Below, piece after piece: positions 60,377 to 64,000 of a stretch of 64,000 nucleotides of DNA (positions are counted from its first letter, which is position 1; every line of letters begins with the position of its first letter). Where the stretch lies: assembly GCA_963769935.1 (NCBI GenBank), contig CAVYNY010000016.1, forward strand, positions 64,001 through 128,000, in the 5' to 3' direction. This DNA comes from an uncultured delta proteobacterium (GTDB lineage: Bacteria; Desulfobacterota; Desulfobacteria; Desulfobacterales; JAFDCJ01). The position numbers and the translations under genes were made by a program. Under the pieces are notes generated by a model. That model worked only from the letters and a program-made list of their open reading frames with translations. It made no database searches and was not told the origin of the DNA.

Positions 60377-61267
60377 TTAAAGCTCAAGCCATGAATCCGA
60401 GTACAGTGTCCGGCCGAGGATGACGTCAACGGTTTTGACATAATCCTGCAACTCTTTGGAAAGTGATTCCAGCGGAGGTGCATTGCCGTCCATAGCCTGA
60501 TAAATCAGATCCACAATATCCTGGCGCTTTCCCTTGGCAATCGCAATCAGTTGATCATCCAGCGGATCGGCAATGACCGAGTGCATCCCGTTTCTCTGGA
60601 GCATCACCATGTAAGTCTGGTTGAGTATCGGACGCAGGTGATCCGGCGGTCCGTTGGAGATGTTGGAAAGCCCGCAGGTGCTCTTGGCTCCCGGCGATAT
60701 TTCCGGCAGCATCTCCATAAACGCCATCAGGCTAATGGCCTGAGGTTGTTGGATGTTCACCGGTGTGACGATGCCGTCCACCCAGATTTTTTCATTGGGT
60801 ATGCCGGCTTCATTGGCAAAATACAGCAGCTCAACACACAACGCAGCCCGTTCGTTCTCATCGCGCGGCAAACCTTCCGGTCCCCACATCAGGGCAATAA
60901 AATCGGCGTTGTGCTCCACCGCAAGCGGAACCATGGCCTCATAGCGCTCGGGGCGCACCATGATGGAATTGATCAGCGGGGGTTGCGGTGTGTCCTTGTA
61001 AACTTTAAGGGCTGCCGCAATCGCAGTGATATTTGATGTATCCAATGCCAGCGGGACGTCGTCGACCACCTCCTGGACCGTTTGAACCACCCAGGGCATG
61101 AGTTCATGTCCATCCTTTTTGGCCGGTCCGAGATTGATGTCGATATAGTCCATGCCTTTCTCCCGCTGAAAAAGGGCTTCCTGCTGGATCGGCTTGGGAT
61201 CGCGCGCCTTGAAGGCGCCGCCGATCTTTTTGGATATTACGTTTAAACTTTCACCTATTAGTAGCAT
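60377..61267 (-). CDS. acsE: Methyltetrahydrofolate:corrinoid Fe-S protein methyltransferase (pterin-binding TIM barrel)
   Basis: LIGESLN, YIDIN, LALDT, LINS, GLSNISNG. Downstream of acsC. Confidence 0.85.
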   Translation of the reverse strand: MLLIGESLNVISKKIGGAFKARDPKPIQQEALFQREKGMDYIDINLGPAKKDGHELMPWVVQTVQEVVDDVPLALDTSNITAIAAALKVYKDTPQPPLINSIMVRPERYEAMVPLAVEHNADFIALMWGPEGLPRDENERAALCVELLYFANEAGIPNEKIWVDGIVTPVNIQQPQAISLMAFMEMLPEISPGAKSTCGLSNISNGPPDHLRPILNQTYMVMLQRNGMHSVIADPLDDQLIAIAKGKRQDIVDLIYQAMDGNAPPLESLSKELQDYVKTVDVILGRTLYSDSWLEL

Positions 61268-61301
61268 GCAACCACCTCCCTGTTAAAATTTTGAAAAAAT
61301 T

Positions 61302-62642
61302 TTATCTTGCTTTTAAAAACCCGGGAATATGGGCAGCTTCCCTGGGACCCACGGTAATCGTCCAGCCGGGCAATTCCTCCTCCACATCACCGGCGATGGC
61401 GGCTGCATATCCGGGAATGATCAATTGCTGATGTTTGACCTTGTCGGCAATGCCGCTTTTTTTCACAAATGCGCCGACATCATCGCCGGCGAATTTGCCG
61501 GCCGCCCAGGCAGTCATGACGGAAAGCCCCTCGGAGTCCTTGATCAACAGCCAGGAAGGAACCCGGCTGCCTTCGATTTCGCCGGAAACGATAAAATAGG
61601 TCAGGGCAAAGTTGGTGGTTACCAAAACCGGAGAATTTTCATCCGGATTGTTGATTTCATAGATTCCTTCGGTGACCGTCATGGGTCGCTGCGGATCGGT
61701 GTAGATGTTCAAACGTTCCAGCAAAAGGGGGAACAAACTTTCACCGGCAAAATCCGATAGCGCCACGATGCCGCCGTATTTGGCAATAAATGTTCCGGCA
61801 ATCAAGGTTTCCATGTCCAGGTTGGCTGCCATTTCACACGGGAAGGTGATGGTCGGAAATCCCAGGGCCCGGTTTCCGTCCTTGAGGGCGGCCCGCCTTA
61901 TGGCGACCATATCCTGGTGGGCTTGCTTGATTTCCCTGGAACCCGGGTCGATCACCAGATCCTTGAGCCCGGCAGCGGTGAGCTTTTCCGTCAACGGAAT
62001 AAGACCGGCAACGGAGTCCGCTTTAACGGCCAGCGGCAGGTTGTTTTCCTTGGCCAGCGCGCCGTATTCATCAACATTGGCCTCGGTTGCCGCATACATC
62101 AGCGGTTTTTTAAAGCCGCAGGCGGCGATGCCGGCTTTCATAACGGCGGCATTGTCGGTCATCAATACCAGATTGAACTCGGAGGTCTCGGCGATCTTCT
62201 TGGCGGCTTTGGCAAATGCGTCACTGTTTCCGCCGGCATCCTTCAGCGCGATCAACTCGGGTCTGAGATTCAGCCCGACTCTCTCGTACTGAAAAGCGTT
62301 CCAGAGCTTGAGTTTGGTTTCAAGATTCGCTTCGGTGATGTCGGATCCGACGACACCGGCCAGCAGCGTTTTATTATAAAAGGTTTTTTCGTGCCGGTAC
62401 TGGACGGTTTCCCCACCGGTGGTGGCGGCCCTGACACCTTTGCCGATGACTACCGGACGAATCGGCGGCGCCGCAGCTTCGGACAGTTTCTCGCGGGCCT
62501 CATCGGAAACATAAGGGCAGCTGTCCAGTTCCGCCTTTCCGGAGGCAAGGTTCATGGCAAAAGCAAGGCAGGTAGGAACGCCGCATTCTTTGCAGTTGGT
62601 CTTCGGCAGGAGTTTGAAAATCTGAATTCCGGTTAATGCCAT
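61302..62642 (-). CDS. acsC: Corrinoid iron-sulfur protein large (gamma) subunit
   Basis: LPKTNCKECGVPTCLAFA...CP, IYTDPQRP, VTTNFALTY, VGPREA. Confidence 0.95.
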   Translation of the reverse strand: MALTGIQIFKLLPKTNCKECGVPTCLAFAMNLASGKAELDSCPYVSDEAREKLSEAAAPPIRPVVIGKGVRAATTGGETVQYRHEKTFYNKTLLAGVVGSDITEANLETKLKLWNAFQYERVGLNLRPELIALKDAGGNSDAFAKAAKKIAETSEFNLVLMTDNAAVMKAGIAACGFKKPLMYAATEANVDEYGALAKENNLPLAVKADSVAGLIPLTEKLTAAGLKDLVIDPGSREIKQAHQDMVAIRRAALKDGNRALGFPTITFPCEMAANLDMETLIAGTFIAKYGGIVALSDFAGESLFPLLLERLNIYTDPQRPMTVTEGIYEINNPDENSPVLVTTNFALTYFIVSGEIEGSRVPSWLLIKDSEGLSVMTAWAAGKFAGDDVGAFVKKSGIADKVKHQQLIIPGYAAAIAGDVEEELPGWTITVGPREAAHIPGFLKAR

Positions 62643-62755
62643 TTTTATCTCCTTAATATCGTGTTACGAGTTTCGAGGTTCGGGTTGCGCGTCGTCGCCG
62701 GAAAGTCCACTATGGATGGACCCGTAAGGCGCAACGCGCAACTCGCAACCCCTTT

Positions 62756-64000
62756 TTAGCCTCCGATAATCGAGTCCATATCCAATGCCGGATGCTTTTT
62801 CTCCTGGAGGAAAGGCAGAATTTCCTCCTCGGTGACACCCACGGTTTCATCAGCAATCCGATCAATCAGATCCGGAATCCCGAGCTCTGCGCCCCGTTTG
62901 AGGAGCCGCTCTTTGATTTCTTCTTTGAGGCTCTTGGGCATCCAGACCATCCGGGCCAGCCCGCCGTCACCGACAATGAACTTGCGCTGGGTGATGTTGA
63001 ACTTGGAATGGCCCACAAAACCCGGCGAAGAAGCGCCGCCGCCCATGACACCGGCCAGGGTGGTAAACTTCATGCCGCAGGGGGTCTCGCCGGCGTAATC
63101 CCGGTTGACCGTCATCACCCCGTTGCAGGAGGGCAGCATGGCGGCGATACACTCGCAGCAACCGCAGGTGGTCATGGGATCGATCACCATGGAATAGAAA
63201 TTATAGTGGCTGACCGCTCCGCGGGATGCCTTGTAAACAAATTCGTTGACCCCTTTCCACTGACCCAGCACCGGATCCAGGCATTCGCCTTTTTCAATCG
63301 GCTGGTTGGGTCCGGTGGGGTTGATTTCAAATGAAGCCTTGCAGTCCATCCAGTTGTAGGCGCCGCACAATCCGGTACGCTCCGGGCTGACGGTGCACAC
63401 GTGGTTGGGGGCAAAGGATTGGCACAGGGTGCAGGAGTAGTAGGTTTCCACATCCTCATCCGTCATCTTTTCGACCCGCTCATCACGCATCTTGTACTCG
63501 CCCCGAGCCCGCTTGGTGAGCTCATCGACGTCTTTCTTTTCGGTGTAAAGCGTCACCTGGACCTTATCGACGATCTTTTGAAAATCCTGATGGAATTTCG
63601 CGTGCAGCACCACGCCGATGTCTTTGAGGGTGAAGCCTTTTTCGATGGCGGCCTTGCTGATCCGGACCCAGGAGATATCCCGCTGTCCGATGTGCATGAT
63701 GCCCTGGATGTAGTTGATGAGGTGATGGATCTGGCGCTCGATGATGGGCTCAAAATCCGTCTGGAACTCCCGGCCGGCGATCTGGACGTAGATGCCCAGC
63801 GGAAACGTTCCGCCCTCTTTGACTTTCCCAATATCGGGACCGACGATGTTGACCTTGCCGTCTTCGATCTCACTCATCTCGGCCATCTTGACCAGCTCGG
63901 TGCACTGGGTCTTGCCGCCGCCCGTCTGAGCGTAGAGATCGGCGCCCCGGACCCGCTCGCCTTCGTAGGCCGGGCCGAATGAACAGGGGATCTCGATTTC
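62756..64000 (-). CDS. acsB: Acetyl-CoA synthase (CODH/ACS), C-terminal part; starts beyond the window
   Basis: Frame open to 64000 (FGPAYEGER). A-cluster ligands CTLCQSFAPNHVC, LCGA, TTCGCCEC. Confidence 0.95.
   Translation of the reverse strand, partial: EIEIPCSFGPAYEGERVRGADLYAQTGGGKTQCTELVKMAEMSEIEDGKVNIVGPDIGKVKEGGTFPLGIYVQIAGREFQTDFEPIIERQIHHLINYIQGIMHIGQRDISWVRISKAAIEKGFTLKDIGVVLHAKFHQDFQKIVDKVQVTLYTEKKDVDELTKRARGEYKMRDERVEKMTDEDVETYYSCTLCQSFAPNHVCTVSPERTGLCGAYNWMDCKASFEINPTGPNQPIEKGECLDPVLGQWKGVNEFVYKASRGAVSHYNFYSMVIDPMTTCGCCECIAAMLPSCNGVMTVNRDYAGETPCGMKFTTLAGVMGGGASSPGFVGHSKFNITQRKFIVGDGGLARMVWMPKSLKEEIKERLLKRGAELGIPDLIDRIADETVGVTEEEILPFLQEKKHPALDMDSIIGG

Overview
Bacterial chromosomal window, most consistent with an anaerobic deltaproteobacterium (Desulfobacterales-like). 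That assignment is inferred from the acs genes, the PPDK-like/GAPDH pair and the intergenic repeat style. Left to right: (1) a minus-strand type IV pilus/secretin operon (PilM-PilN fusion, PilO, PilP-like, frameshifted PilQ, ExeA-like ATPase, start of an MshEN-domain ATPase); (2) a divergent regulator-less sigma-54 activator, a sigma-54 promoter ahead of a 62-aa DRR/ERR-repeat protein, and two hybrid sensor kinases; (3) housekeeping genes (radical SAM, lytic transglycosylase, YhbY, PRTase, APC-USP permease, tRNA-Asn, aspS, hisS); (4) a cluster of Ntn/P1 hydrolase, peptide ABC transporter, M20 hydrolase, panE and panB without panC/panD, which may be a pantetheine/pantothenate salvage or catabolic pathway; (5) a Liv-type ABC system whose LivF is fused to a Tm-1/UPF0261 domain, followed by a TIM-barrel protein, a flotillin and two SRPBCC proteins; (6) M16 peptidase, rsmA, a GAPDH and a 1396-aa PPDK-like protein lacking the pyruvate-binding barrel; (7) Wood-Ljungdahl genes acsB (partial), acsC and acsE. 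Many intergenic spacers carry inverted-repeat elements built from 7-8 nt units, in several families. Four single-base insertions break three genes and may be assembly errors. No CRISPR array, rRNA, transposase or integrase was seen. All family assignments come from motif recognition by eye, not from searches.
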